A stretch of DNA of 64,000 nt from Acidobacteriota bacterium (lineage in GTDB: Bacteria; Acidobacteriota; UBA890; WLXD01). This document shows, in pieces, positions 17,249 to 28,635 of the stretch; positions within the stretch are counted from its first letter, which is position 1, and each line of letters begins with the position of its first letter. The translations under genes and the position numbers were made by a program. The stretch covers positions 3,200,001 through 3,264,000 of the forward strand of contig CBDFKD010000002.1 in the NCBI GenBank assembly GCA_965248695.1. Direction: 5' to 3'. Below the pieces are notes generated by a model. It was not told the origin of the DNA, did not search any database, and saw nothing but the letters and a program-made list of their open reading frames with translations.

Positions 17249-20207
17249 CTAGAAGTCGACTCTGACGCCGAGCTGGAACTCGCGCGGCGATCGCGCCGCC
17301 GTCGGAATGAGGAACCCGCCGCTGGTCACGAACGAGCTGCCCTGGTTGGAGTAGTTGACGCGGTTGGTGACGTTGAAGATGTCGAACAGGACCGTCGCCG
17401 TGAACGGATCGTTCAGCGGCAAACGGTAGCGAAGGCTCAGATCCAGCCGCGAGAAGTTCGGCCGAAATCCCCCGTTCTCCCTGCCAGTGGCGCTGATGGC
17501 GTCGAGAGCGATGTCCGACGTTCCGTTCGGGCTGTAGCTGCCCGCCGGCGCCACCTGACGCTCGTTGTTGTCCATACGGTCGGTCAGCAACGGCGTAAAC
17601 CGGTCGCCGCTCATGATGCGGAAGATGCCCGAGAACATCAGCCCCTGGTTGCTACCGACCGCGGTACCGGGAACCTGGTACGACCACGAGGTCACCAGGT
17701 TGTGGGGGCGAACCCAATTGGATGCGAAGTCAGTGCTTGCGGGGTTGTCCAGCCCCAGGTTGAGCGGAGCGCCGATGATCGTGCCGGTGTCGAAGTTATA
17801 GCCCGACTCGGTACGCGTCTGGAAGCGAGCCGCCTCGAGCGATCGCGCCTCGACGTTGCCGCTCTGGTTCAGGTAGGTGTACGACACCCGGGCGCTAAAG
17901 CGACCGATCGCCGAGTCCATGAAGCGACGCTGCAACGAGAACTGCAACGAGTTCGTGTTGCTCCGGCCGCCGTTGATGTAGGTGCGGACCGAGTTCAGGC
18001 TCACCGGAGCGCCGTTCAAGATGCTGATGTTCGGACGCCCGGTTGCGCGTGAGAACGGGTTCAGGTCGACCCGCAGCTGGAGGTCCCGGTTGCGGGTGTG
18101 CACGAAGTCGAAGCCGACGGATACTCCGTTGGAGATCTCGCGCTCCACACCGACGCTCAGGGTGTCAGCGTAGGGCGTCACTCGATCGGGGTTGTCGACC
18201 GTCGGCGAGCTGTTGAAGGCGCCTCCAAGGTTGCCCTCGATGTCGGCCGCCAGGTGGTCGCGCAGCTGGTTCAGCGTCGAGTAGCCGTTAGCTTGCACGA
18301 TGTCGAAGAACAGCTGCGGATCAGAGCCGGAGCCCGGTAACCCGCTCGGTGTAGCCGCTGGTCAGGTTGACCGCGTCGAGGTAGAAGTCCTCCCAGCTAC
18401 CGATCGGGAAGCGATCGTAGAACCGGCCGTAGCCGCCGCGTATCACCGTGCGGCCGTCACGCGCCGGATCCCAGCTGAAGCCGAGGCGCGGCCCGATGTT
18501 GCCCTCGCCGACGGTGCTCTGACGATCGAACCGAACCCCGAGGTTCAGGGTGACGTTGTCGGTCGGCTGGTAGTCGTCCTGGAAGAAGATGCCGACGGCC
18601 TTCTCGTGCGGAATGTTGAGGTCGGCCGCCCTGGGCGCCGCCGACGCGAATCGTGAAGTCGGTGGGATACGTGCTGAGGTCGTTCGGGTCCCACGCCGTG
18701 TCTTCGTCGAAGTCGAACTGGCCGTTCGCCGTGCTGGCGTTGTTACGGCTCACCAAACGGTCCGAGTAGTGACCGCCGAAGCGGAAATCGTGGTCGCCGC
18801 CCCAGAAATCCGGTGCGTACAACGAGAACGTATCGTCGTACTGGCGCGAGTTGTTGATGCGCGCCGACGCCACGGTGCTGGCTCCCAGCAGGATGTTGTC
18901 GTGGTCTAACGACACGTTGAGGGCGCGCTGCGCTGCGAAGGTCTTGCCGTTGTTGTTGAAGCCAGAGTTGGCGAATGCTACGTCTTCGCGGGTCACAGAA
19001 ATACGCAGGTTGTTGACGGCGCGATCCGACAGTACCGAATCGATCGAGCCGACGAAGCTGGTGTCGCGGTCGAACTCCTCGCGCGCCGCCTCGAGCGTCG
19101 TGTTGCCGCCGATGATCTGGTTGAACTGCGGCGAGTATCCTGCAGATAGCGCGCCGCGATCCGATGGTTCGAGCTCGCCTGGTAGTCGAGCTTGACCATG
19201 AAGTTGCGCAGCAGGTTCTCCTCGGTGGTGGTGAAGTTGAACTCCGGGCGGGTAGCGAACTCACGCGCGATGCCCTCGTTCGGGGTCTGACGCTCATAGC
19301 TACCGAAGAAGAACAGCTTGTCCCTGATCACCGGTCCGCCGAGCGTGCCGCCGATCGACTTGAAGGTGAAGTCGGGCTTCTCGAGGCCGGAGCGCTCGGT
19401 GAAGAAGTTCGCCTTGTTGATGCTCGAGTCCTGGTAGTAGTAAAAGCCGCTGCCGTGGACCGTGTTGCCGCCGCTCTTGGTGATGGCGTTGAGCACGCCG
19501 CCGATGGCGCGACCGAACTCGGCGTCGAACTGGCTGGTGAGAATCTGGAACTCCTGGATCGCCTCGATCGCGGTACGCGTCTGCGCACCGGCGGTGGCGC
19601 CGATCACATCGTCGTCGTTGTTGGCGCCGTCGATGTTGAAGGAGTTGCTGTTGTCATCCATGCCGTTGACGAAGATCGAGTCGGAAGCGGTCGACTGGCT
19701 ATCCGGCGACACCTGTACGCCGGGCAGCAGGCCCGCGAACACCACGAAGCTCCGACCCTGCGTCGGCAGCGAGATGAAGTCCTCGGCAGACAGGTTGCCA
19801 CCGACCTCTTTCGAGGCGACGTCAACCAGCGGGCTCTCGCCGGTGACCGTCACCGTCTCGGTAACCCCACCGAGCTCGAGCGTGGCATTGAGCTCGCCGT
19901 CCTGTCCGACACGCAACACCACGCCGGTGCTCTCGGAGGTGTTGAACCCCTGGAGGGCGAACGCGACGGTGTAGCTGGCCGGAATGAGACCGTTGATGTT
20001 GTAGCTGCCGGTCGCGGAGGTAACCGTGACACGCGCTGCCGATGTCGCCTCGTTACGAACCTTCACCGTGACACCGGGTAGCGGTGAGCCATCCGGGTCG
20101 AGCACCGTGCCCGACAGGTCGGCACGCGCGAACTGGGCCTGCGCTGTCCCGGCAAAGCCGATCGCCAGCGCAATGGTCATGAGTGCGATTGCTGTACGCC
20201 TAATCAA
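17249..20207 (-). pseudogene. TonB-dependent receptor (Oar-like, carboxypeptidase regulatory-like N-domain) with three frameshifts
   Basis: LSGTVLDPDGSPLPGVTV; plug IDGANNDD...IQEFQILTSQFDAEFGRAIGGVLNAITKSG; after frame shifts FFQDDY...LNLGVRFD and GPRLGFSWDP; C-terminal PREFQLGVRVDF. Frame changes near 19138, 18630 and 18342. Start codon uncertain. Confidence 0.85.
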
Positions 20208-20528
20208 TCTCTCCAGACTCGGGGAAGAGCCCGCAACGACCGTGCCCCACTGTCGGCCGTCCTGCGGCGCCCGCAAATTGTATGCAGACGGTATACGTCT
20301 TATGTGCGTGCAATGATCGTGCCCGACGGCATATCTATCACGGCCCCACCGCAGCCCCGCCGACGAATCTCGTACAGATGCCGTCCTGGCCAAGCTGGGC
20401 GGGCGATTTTCGGCGACCAACTGGCGGCCTACCGTGCTCTGAATCGGCCGGCGCCGGACCGCGGCGTCTCGGACGGGTCGACAGGGGCGACTTCGCTCAC
20501 TCTTATCCATTTTTTTGGGCCGATTCGA

Positions 20529-21716
20529 TCAAAATGTTGGATCCATGCGCTCGGCCGCGCTGGCCGCTTCAAAGCGCCACGCGTGCGGTCCGAGCGCAGC
20601 GACCACGTCCGCAGCCATACGGCGTTCGCACACCGCCACCATGCAGCCTCCGAACCCGGCACCGACGACCCGCGCCCCCAGAGCACCGGCGCTTCGAGCC
20701 GCCTCGACCAGCCGATCCACCGCCGGGTGACTCACCTCGTAGTCGTCGCGAAGACCCGCGTGTGAGGCGTCGAGCAGTCGTCCCAACCGGACGAGATCTG
20801 CAGCGCCGAGCGCATCTATTGCCTCGTCGACCCGCTCCGCCTCGGCGAACACGAAGCCAGCTCGACGGCTCAGCAGCGGGTCGTCGAGTTGCTCGGCACG
20901 ACGGTTTCCTGCGGGCACATCGGCAAGCAGCCCGTCGCCGTCAACACCGAGCAGTCGGGCGGCGGCCATGCACTGGCGAACGCGATCGTTGTAGGCCTCA
21001 CGGGCGGCACCCGTTTTGGCGGCGACGACGCCTGAGTCGGCGACGACGATCGCGAGCGTTTCGGGTAATTGCACCGGAACGATGCGCAACGGCCTGAAGT
21101 CGATCCGCAGCGCGTGCCCCGGTCGAGCCAGCAACGAGATCGCGTGGTCCATACCGCCAGACAGCGTGCCGACGTAGCGCTCGGCCATGCGTGCCTCCTC
21201 GGCGAGCGCAGCTCGGTCACCGACCGGCGACATGGCGAGCAGGCTGGCGACCACCAGCGCCGAGGACGACGACAATCCGGCCTCCGGCGGCACATCACCG
21301 CCCACCACGATCTCGAGTCCGTCGTCCGGCGGGCGCACGCGAGCGGCCGCGACAACGTAATCGATCCAGGTGCCGGCAGGCGGGCGCCGGGTCAGTTGGC
21401 GCAGAGGGATTTCTGCCGCCGGATAACGGCTCGGATCCATGCTGCGAATGTGCAACGTCGACGTGCGCCGCGGCGCGGCAGCCACCCAAATGCTGCGGTC
21501 GATCGCCAGCGGCAGCACCGGGAAGCCGTTGTAGTCGGTGTGTTCCCCGATGAGGTTCACGCGCCCCGGAGCCCGAGCGATGATCTGGGCATCGGGGAGC
21601 TGGCGCAGCAGAGCTCGTCGCATCGTCACCGGTCTCACCAGTGGTCGGATCTGGCCGGCAAACATACCTCGCTGCGCCGCATCGTGGACGCGACCGCGTG
21701 GTGACGTGACGACCAC
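20529..21716 (-). CDS. galK: Galactokinase (GHMP family)
   Basis: APGRVNLIGEHTDYN, PPEAGLSSSSA, SHAGLRDDYEVS, GARVVGAGFGG. The start may be further downstream. Confidence 0.88.
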   Translation of the reverse strand: MVVTSPRGRVHDAAQRGMFAGQIRPLVRPVTMRRALLRQLPDAQIIARAPGRVNLIGEHTDYNGFPVLPLAIDRSIWVAAAPRRTSTLHIRSMDPSRYPAAEIPLRQLTRRPPAGTWIDYVVAAARVRPPDDGLEIVVGGDVPPEAGLSSSSALVVASLLAMSPVGDRAALAEEARMAERYVGTLSGGMDHAISLLARPGHALRIDFRPLRIVPVQLPETLAIVVADSGVVAAKTGAAREAYNDRVRQCMAAARLLGVDGDGLLADVPAGNRRAEQLDDPLLSRRAGFVFAEAERVDEAIDALGAADLVRLGRLLDASHAGLRDDYEVSHPAVDRLVEAARSAGALGARVVGAGFGGCMVAVCERRMAADVVAALGPHAWRFEAASAAERMDPTF

Positions 21717-21845
21717 GCCGATAGAATCCCGACTGTAAGTCTCGGTGGGGCCGCCGTGTGGAACTGGAAACGACCGTGTGGAATTGACGACGAGTGTCCT
21801 TCAACCGGTTCCGGCAAGCCACCGCTACGGAGAACAGGAGGCAAG

Positions 21846-22991
21846 ATGAGCTCGTTGCGCCAACGTATGGGGATCACGGTCGGCTGTGCCGTGCTGGCGG
21901 CGGGTTGCGCCATCGACATCGAACATGAGGGTCCGTCGCGCGGCCCGGCGACGCCGCTGGAGCGGAGCGCCGACGCCTGGGCGCAAGAAGCGCTGGACAA
22001 CGGTGAGGTCGCCGGTCTGTCAGTCGCCGTATGGCACGACGGTCAGCTGCGATTCGCCAAGGGATACGGCCTGGCGGACATCGAGAACGACCTCCCTGCC
22101 ACCGCCGAGACGGTGTATCGGATCGGCTCGATCACCAAGCAGTTCACAGCCGCCGCCATCATGCAGCTGATCGAACAGGGCCAGATCGGACTGGACAACG
22201 ACATCGGCGAGTACGTCGAGTTCCCGACCGACGGTAACCGCGTCACCGTGCATCAGCTGCTCAATCACACGTCCGGAATCAAGAGCTACACCGGACTCGG
22301 GGAGGAGTGGACGAGCACCATCCCGCTGCCGGCAACGCACGAGTCTCTCTTAGGGCTGCTCAGCGGCAAGCCATTCGATTTCGCCCCCGGCGACGAGTGG
22401 AGCTACAACAACACCGGCTTCTACCTCCTGGGCGTCATCATCGAGAACGTTTCCGGCACCTCGTACTCGGACTATCTCGACGCCCAGATCTTCGACCCGC
22501 TCGGGCTCGACGACACGACCTACTGCGACGAGAAGAAACTGATCGCGCGCCGCGCGGAGGGCTACGAGAATGAGGACGGCGAGCTGGTCAATGACGACCC
22601 GATCGATATGACGCAGCCGTTCGCCGCCGGGGCGCTGTGCTCCAACGTTGGCGACTTGCTGCGCTGGCAGCGAGCGCTCGAAGCGGGCGAGGTGGTGAGC
22701 GCCGAGTCCTACGACCGCATGACGACGACAGCGGCGCTCAACGACGGGTCCGATCTCGACTACGGCTACGGGCTCGGAGTCGGCACGCTCATCGATCACC
22801 GTCGGATCGCGCACGGAGGCGGCATCAACGGATTCGTCACCATGGCCTCGCGCTACCCCGATGATGACCTGAGCGTTGTCGTGCTCACCAACACGGCGGG
22901 CTCGACGGCGGCACAGCTCGAGGAGCGCATCGCGCGAGCGGCTCTCGAGCTACCGGAAGCCGAGGAGGATGAAGAGGCTGGAGGCCCGTAG
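21846..22991 (+). CDS. Serine hydrolase, beta-lactamase/AmpC-like family, probable lipoprotein
   Basis: GSITK (SxxK), LLNHTSG, YNN, HGG; lipobox LAAGC; GGAGG RBS. Confidence 0.9.
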   Translation: MSSLRQRMGITVGCAVLAAGCAIDIEHEGPSRGPATPLERSADAWAQEALDNGEVAGLSVAVWHDGQLRFAKGYGLADIENDLPATAETVYRIGSITKQFTAAAIMQLIEQGQIGLDNDIGEYVEFPTDGNRVTVHQLLNHTSGIKSYTGLGEEWTSTIPLPATHESLLGLLSGKPFDFAPGDEWSYNNTGFYLLGVIIENVSGTSYSDYLDAQIFDPLGLDDTTYCDEKKLIARRAEGYENEDGELVNDDPIDMTQPFAAGALCSNVGDLLRWQRALEAGEVVSAESYDRMTTTAALNDGSDLDYGYGLGVGTLIDHRRIAHGGGINGFVTMASRYPDDDLSVVVLTNTAGSTAAQLEERIARAALELPEAEEDEEAGGP

Positions 22992-23010
22992 CTACTGACT
23001 GCTGTTGATA

Positions 23011-23033
23011 AGTATGCTGTTCATAAGCATACT
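23011..23033. promoter_or_regulatory. Inverted repeat upstream of the padR-like gene (candidate operator)
   Basis: AGTATGCT-N7-AGCATACT in an AT-rich patch. Confidence 0.5.
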
Positions 23034-23096
23034 ATCGATACGGCTGACGAACACTCTCAGCAACTACGCTCAGCCGCACGCCAGAGCGGAGTCGAA

Positions 23097-23468
23097 GTGC
23101 CTCGACGACCGAGCCTCGAGACTCCCGCCGGCCTGCTGCCGCTGCGCCCGATCGACCTGTCTGTTCTTCTGGTGCTCAGCCGCGGCAAGCAGTATGGATA
23201 CGGCATCGCCAAGGCCATAGCCAACGAGGCCAACGGCGCCATCGTGTTGGCGCCCGGCAACCTCTATCAGGTGCTCGATCGGTTGATCGACTGGAGGCTG
23301 ATAAGGGTCACCTCCAGGCGGCCGCAGCCCGGCGTCGGCGGCGAGCGCCGACGACACTACGATCTGACTCCGTTCGGGCGCCAGGTGTTGACCATGGAGG
23401 CCCAACGTCTCCGGGCGATGGCGTCGTCGTTGTCAGACCTCGAGGCCGTCGCCGAAGCCGGCGACTGA
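23097..23468 (+). CDS. PadR family transcriptional regulator
   Basis: [32 protein letters not shown]. Confidence 0.88.
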   Translation: MPRRPSLETPAGLLPLRPIDLSVLLVLSRGKQYGYGIAKAIANEANGAIVLAPGNLYQVLDRLIDWRLIRVTSRRPQPGVGGERRRHYDLTPFGRQVLTMEAQRLRAMASSLSDLEAVAEAGD

Positions 23469-23474
23469 GGAGCG

Positions 23475-26150
23475 ATGCGCGCCACCCGCAACGTACCCTC
23501 GCGCCTCGCCGAGGCAGCGCTCCGCGCGCTGCTGTGGCTGTTCCCAGCGGACTTTCGCCATCGACACGGCGCCGACATGCGCGAGTACCTGCGGGACGCC
23601 TGGCGAGATGCCACCCCCCAGGCTAGGCGACGCATGTTCATGCGCTTTGCGCTCAGTACGATCGGTACCGCCTGGCGCCAGCGCTGGCGTCAGCTCGGCG
23701 AGAGCCGCTCGGTTGTCGACCAACGCGCGGATCCACTGGTGCGCGAACTGCTTTCCGACGTTGCGTATGCCGCGCGACTGTTCCGGCGTAGTCCCGTGTT
23801 CACTGCCGTCGCCGTGGTCACTCTGGCGCTCGGCGTCGGCGCCAACACCGCCATCTTCAGCCTCGTCAACGCCGCACTGCTGCGGCCGTTGCCCTACTTC
23901 GAGCCCGACGCGCTGGTGTCCGTCTGGCTCTCCAGCGAGACCCGCGGCGTGACGCGAGAGATGGCCTCGCTGGCCGAGGTCCTCGATTGGCAGGAGCAGG
24001 TGAACGGCCTGAGCGCCCTGGGTGGGTTCGGCCCCATGGGGTTCACGCTGGTGGGCGACGACGGTGCCCGGAACATCGAAGCGGTCCTGACGACGCCCGG
24101 CCTGTTCACGGTGCTGGGTGTACCGCCGCTCTACGGTCGCGCACTCCGACCAGAGGACACGGAGATCGGCGCCGCCCCGGTGATCGTGGTCAGCCACTGG
24201 CTGTGGGAGCAACAGTTCGACGGCGAAACGACGATTAGCACCGCCACGTTGGAGCTAGACGGCAGCCCGGTACAAGTCGTGGGGGTGATGCCACCCTCGT
24301 TCCGGCTCGCCACCCGATATCTCGATAACATCGGCATCTACGCGCCGTTCACCTACGAGCGCGGCAGCCTGTCACGCGAATCCCGTTGGCTGGAGGTCGT
24401 CGGTCGGCTCGACGGTAACGCGACCATCCAACAGGTCGGCGCCGAGCTCGAGGAAGTCGCGGCCGGTCTGGCGCAGCTGTATCCCGACACCAACGATGGG
24501 TGGAACACCGGCATCCGGTCGCTACACTCCGATGTCATCGGCGACCATTGGGTGCCGCTGTTGATTCTGCAGAGCGCTGTCGGCTTCGTCCTGCTAATCG
24601 CCTGTGCCAACGTGGCCAACCTGCTTCTCGGCCGGGTGCAATCACGGCAGGCCGAGATCGCCGTGCGCCGTGCGCTCGGGGCTCGACGCGGGCGCCTTGT
24701 CCGTCAGCTGCTGACCGAGAGCTTGTTGCTGGCTCTGATCGGAGGCGGGCTCGGCCTGCTGCTGGCCCGGCAGAGCCTCTCACTGGTTGCCGCCGTGTTG
24801 CCCTCCGGGGTGATCGAGTTCGGGGAGATGGCGCTCGACGCGCGCGTAGTGGCGTTCACGCTCGCGGCAGCCGTCGCCACCGGTATGCTCTTTGGCCTGG
24901 CGCCGAGTTGGCGAGCGACGCGTGCCGGATCGGCAGAGTCGCTGCGTATCGTAGGCGGGCGAACGAATGACGGCCGCCGATTGCGGCAATGCCTGATCGT
25001 GGCGGAAGTGGCGCTGGCGCTGGTGCTCCTGTTCGGCGCCAGCTTGCTGATGCGAAGCTTCGATCGCCTCATGGCTGTAGATCTCGGCATCCGCACGTCC
25101 AACGTGCTGGCGTTCCAGATCGCCCCCGGTGGCGCCGACGCATCGCAGCGAACGAGCCTCTACCGCCAGGTCCTCGACCGATTGCGCCGACTACCAGATG
25201 TCGAGCACGTCGGAGCGACGACGGTCCTTCCGCTCCTGGCATCTGACTGGACGACGGAGTTCGAGGTCCCCGACGACGCGCTGGCCGGTGATGGGCGCTC
25301 GCAAGTTGCCCTCTACTACTCGGTTACACCCGACTACTTCGAGTCGATCGGTGCGCGGCTCGTGCGCGGCCGGGACTTCGGCTCGCGGGACGAGCCGGCC
25401 GAGCTCGGAGCGGCGATTATCAACGAGACCATGGCGACCGCTTTCTGGCCTGATCGCGACCCGATCGGCCGCTCGCTGACCATCGACATGCGCTTCGCGG
25501 CCACCGACACGACCAGCTTCCGCATCGTCGGGATCGCCAGCGACATCAGAGACGGGCGGCCCGACGAGACGGTTCGCCCGGCGATCTATGTACCGTACAC
25601 CCAGCAAAGCTCCCACCACATGAACTTCGTCGTTCGCACCGTGCGCGATCCGATCGACTACATCGACTCGATCCGCGCCGAGATTGCGGCCGTGAGCCCG
25701 AGCCTGCCGCTCGACGAGATCACCACGCTCGACCGCGTATACGCGTCGAGTGTGTCGGACCGGCGGTTCAACATGTTGCTGCTGGCGAGCTTCGCGATGC
25801 TGGCACTGATCCTGGCCGCGGTGGGAATTTACGGAGTCATGGCGTCCCTGGTAAGCGAGCGGACGCACGAGATCGGCATACGTATGGCGCTTGGAGCAGG
25901 GTCCGCCGCTGTGCTGCGATCCGTTGTAGCGGAGGCTCTGCTGCTCACCGGCATCGGCATCCTCATCGGCGGTTTCGCTGCCTCCGGGGTGCGAAACATC
26001 ATTGCCAGCCTGCTCTACGACCTGCAGACTGGCGACCCCGTGTCGACGGTGCTGGTGCCGGCGGTGCTCGCCGTCGTGGCGGCCGGGGCCAGCTACCTGC
26101 CGGCGCGGCGCGCCACCCGCGTCGATCCGGCTGTGGCCCTGCGCGACTAG
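23475..26150 (+). CDS. Duplicated MacB/FtsX-type ABC permease (ADOP-like)
   Basis: [65 protein letters not shown]. Confidence 0.92.
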   Translation: MRATRNVPSRLAEAALRALLWLFPADFRHRHGADMREYLRDAWRDATPQARRRMFMRFALSTIGTAWRQRWRQLGESRSVVDQRADPLVRELLSDVAYAARLFRRSPVFTAVAVVTLALGVGANTAIFSLVNAALLRPLPYFEPDALVSVWLSSETRGVTREMASLAEVLDWQEQVNGLSALGGFGPMGFTLVGDDGARNIEAVLTTPGLFTVLGVPPLYGRALRPEDTEIGAAPVIVVSHWLWEQQFDGETTISTATLELDGSPVQVVGVMPPSFRLATRYLDNIGIYAPFTYERGSLSRESRWLEVVGRLDGNATIQQVGAELEEVAAGLAQLYPDTNDGWNTGIRSLHSDVIGDHWVPLLILQSAVGFVLLIACANVANLLLGRVQSRQAEIAVRRALGARRGRLVRQLLTESLLLALIGGGLGLLLARQSLSLVAAVLPSGVIEFGEMALDARVVAFTLAAAVATGMLFGLAPSWRATRAGSAESLRIVGGRTNDGRRLRQCLIVAEVALALVLLFGASLLMRSFDRLMAVDLGIRTSNVLAFQIAPGGADASQRTSLYRQVLDRLRRLPDVEHVGATTVLPLLASDWTTEFEVPDDALAGDGRSQVALYYSVTPDYFESIGARLVRGRDFGSRDEPAELGAAIINETMATAFWPDRDPIGRSLTIDMRFAATDTTSFRIVGIASDIRDGRPDETVRPAIYVPYTQQSSHHMNFVVRTVRDPIDYIDSIRAEIAAVSPSLPLDEITTLDRVYASSVSDRRFNMLLLASFAMLALILAAVGIYGVMASLVSERTHEIGIRMALGAGSAAVLRSVVAEALLLTGIGILIGGFAASGVRNIIASLLYDLQTGDPVSTVLVPAVLAVVAAGASYLPARRATRVDPAVALRD

Positions 26151-26257
26151 CCGCCAGGGGGTCGATCCTGGCAGGGCGCAGCGCTCGAACGCGGGTCCGT
26201 CGGCGTCTAGTTCGGCCTTCGGTGACACACCGCGCGCATGCTATCGTGCGCGCCGCC

Positions 26258-27331
26258 ATGCCTTCCGCCGCTCCGCCGAACGCCCACCCCGACTCTTTCG
26301 AGGTTCCTGCGGCGGCCCACATTCTGGGCATTCGGTTCTCGGCTCTGGGCGACACGCTGCTGACGTTCCCGGCGCTCCGGTTGCTCAGGGCAACGTATCC
26401 CAATGCCCGGCTGACGTTCCTCACGGACACGCGCTGCGCCGGCCTGTTCGACGGGCTGGAGGTACTCGACGAGCTTCTCACGCTCGACCGCCTGGGCCTC
26501 AAGAGACTCCGGCCTGGCGCAGTGGGGCAGCTTGTGAACGGAGTGCTCCGCCCTGCGATCTGCCGCCGCTGGGACATCGTCATCGACTTCCAGTCGTTCA
26601 CGGAGACCGCGATCATCAGCGCCCTGACACGGGCGCCGATTCGCGTCGGACGACGCTACAAGACCGGCGCTCGCGCCCTCTATCGACCGTGGATCGACGC
26701 GCCACATGAGCAGGTCTACATGACCGGCGCGCACATCGACACGATCGTGCGCGCCGGGCTCGTGGAGGCCCCACCAGCCGGCGAGCGGACCTGCCGCAGC
26801 AGCTTCTATCGGGTACCGGCCGCGGCCGCGGATCGGTGGCGAGACCGACGCGCGATGCTGCAGCTGCCGCCGGCGGACCAAGCTCCGAGTATCGCTTTCT
26901 TCGTCGGTGCGGCGAAGGCGCAGAAGCTCTGGCCAGCCAAGCGATTTGCGCAGCTTGCGGGGCGCCTAGCATCCGAGCTACCGCACTCATTCCTGGTCTT
27001 CGCAGGGCCCGGTGAACAGGAGCTTGCCCGGCAGGTGGTGCAAGAAGCGGCGCAAATTGGGCTCGCCGAGCGCATCGCCAACGGCGGCTGCGGTGAACTG
27101 GCGACGCTGGCCGCAGCGTTCTCGGCGTGCAGCGCCACGGTGAGCAACGACACCGGCCCTATGCACCTGAGCGTCGCCGTCGGCACGCCAACGCTGGGCA
27201 TTTGCCGCTCCGCCAATCCGCATTTCATACCGCCGCCACCGCACCGCCACGTTGTCGCTCGCCGCGAGCAGATCGACGCAATCAGCGTCGACCAGGTGGC
27301 CGCCGATGCGCTTCAGTTGCTGGCACGGTAG
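26258..27331 (+). CDS. Glycosyltransferase family 9 (ADP-heptose:LPS heptosyltransferase-like)
   Basis: RFSALGDTLLTFPAL, KLWP, SNDTGPMHLSVAVGTPT. Confidence 0.88.
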   Translation: MPSAAPPNAHPDSFEVPAAAHILGIRFSALGDTLLTFPALRLLRATYPNARLTFLTDTRCAGLFDGLEVLDELLTLDRLGLKRLRPGAVGQLVNGVLRPAICRRWDIVIDFQSFTETAIISALTRAPIRVGRRYKTGARALYRPWIDAPHEQVYMTGAHIDTIVRAGLVEAPPAGERTCRSSFYRVPAAAADRWRDRRAMLQLPPADQAPSIAFFVGAAKAQKLWPAKRFAQLAGRLASELPHSFLVFAGPGEQELARQVVQEAAQIGLAERIANGGCGELATLAAAFSACSATVSNDTGPMHLSVAVGTPTLGICRSANPHFIPPPPHRHVVARREQIDAISVDQVAADALQLLAR

Positions 27332-27379
27332 GCCGTCGCGTCGGCGCGGTCGGCGTGTGGGCCTGTCAGGCCTGGCAGC

Positions 27380-28564
27380 TCAGGGCGCACCGCCAGGCGC
27401 CGCCGCGAGCACTTCACCCCGCCGACTCAACCCCACTAACAGACGCACGACGCGTCCGTAGCTCTGCACCCCGCCCGGCACGCGATTGGAGCGCAGGTAC
27501 GCGTCGTTGACCCGCGTGGCAACGCGTGTGGCGCGGCCACGGTATCCCTCCCAGAACGCTCGGATGGCGTCAATGTCCGCCCGCGGCCCGGCCTCGAGGG
27601 TGGCCCACAGCTCGGACGCCGCCTCGGGAGCGTAGCGTGCCGCACCGCCAATCAGCACCGTCGCCATGTACAGGTCGGCTGCATAGCGCAGATAGGGGTC
27701 GTCGGACCCGGCGCAGGCGAGCGCGGCCGCGAGATTGGCTTCGCCCTCGTCCGTGATGCCGCGCTGATGGGCCTTCTCGTGCGCCACCGTTATCGGCAGC
27801 GAGGCGTCGGGAACCAGTCGATTGAAGGAAGGCTCGCCGGTGAAGGGAATGTAGATGCCGCTGATGCCGAGGTACGAGAAGACGGTCGAAGACAGCAAGG
27901 GCTTGGCACGCGACGGCAGATCGCCGAGCTCATCGCCGGGTAGACGCAGGTCGCGGAAGCGGGCATCGATGGCGGTGTTCAACTCGATCAGCGTCATCGG
28001 CAAGCGGGTCGCGGCGTCGACGGCGACCCCTAGTCGCCGGTGGTCGTCGTTGACGGCGTCCACCGCGCGGCGGGCCAGATCCAGGACCTCGGGCGCCTCG
28101 ATCTCCACCGTCTCGAGACCCAGACGTGTGGCCAGTGGTGGCCGCGCGTAGTTGAAGCCCCAAAGCAACAGGAACGCGAGCAGCGCCCAGCCCGTCAGGA
28201 TCCAGCCGCCGACAACCAGCCGACCGACGGCAGCCAGCCATCGCTGCCGCCGTGACGATCGTACCTCCACCGTGCCCCGACGGCGACGCTCCCGCAGCAG
28301 CCTCCAGGCGATCCACACGACCGCCGCCACCGCCAGGATCTCGGCAACCGACACCGGAACCTGAGCGTTGCCCCAGCCGAGGAGGTGGGCAACGGCCGGA
28401 TAGAAACTCCGACTGTAGGTGCGCTCGATAACGTCCGGCCACCGGAACGCCAGTCGTTGCACAAGCAGCGCCAACGGCAGCATCAGCAGACCGACGAGCC
28501 ACAACGCCCGCGACCACGGTCGCCCGCGATGCCAGCGCGACGGGCGTAACCCTGCTTCAATCAT
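27380..28564 (-). CDS. DUF3810-like membrane-anchored putative zinc metalloprotease
   Basis: IERTYSRSFY, LWGFNYAR, GIYIPFTGE, HEKAHQRG...EGEAN (HExxH), DAYLRSN. Confidence 0.8.
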   Translation of the reverse strand: MIEAGLRPSRWHRGRPWSRALWLVGLLMLPLALLVQRLAFRWPDVIERTYSRSFYPAVAHLLGWGNAQVPVSVAEILAVAAVVWIAWRLLRERRRRGTVEVRSSRRQRWLAAVGRLVVGGWILTGWALLAFLLLWGFNYARPPLATRLGLETVEIEAPEVLDLARRAVDAVNDDHRRLGVAVDAATRLPMTLIELNTAIDARFRDLRLPGDELGDLPSRAKPLLSSTVFSYLGISGIYIPFTGEPSFNRLVPDASLPITVAHEKAHQRGITDEGEANLAAALACAGSDDPYLRYAADLYMATVLIGGAARYAPEAASELWATLEAGPRADIDAIRAFWEGYRGRATRVATRVNDAYLRSNRVPGGVQSYGRVVRLLVGLSRRGEVLAAAPGGAP

Positions 28565-28635
28565 GCTCTGACCTCTGCAGGCCGTGGTGAAAGTGTGGTG
28601 GGTCTGGTTGTAACATCCTCGCACCGGAGGATCGT

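Noticed and set aside
18330-19150. Programmed frameshifting or phase variation in the TonB receptor
   Set aside because: No slippery heptamer or long simple repeat at the shift sites; several scattered indels fit sequencing error or decay better.
26151-26221. Possible tRNA or ncRNA after the permease gene
   Set aside because: Only a short GCCAGG/CCTGGC hairpin; no cloverleaf, T-loop or CCA end.
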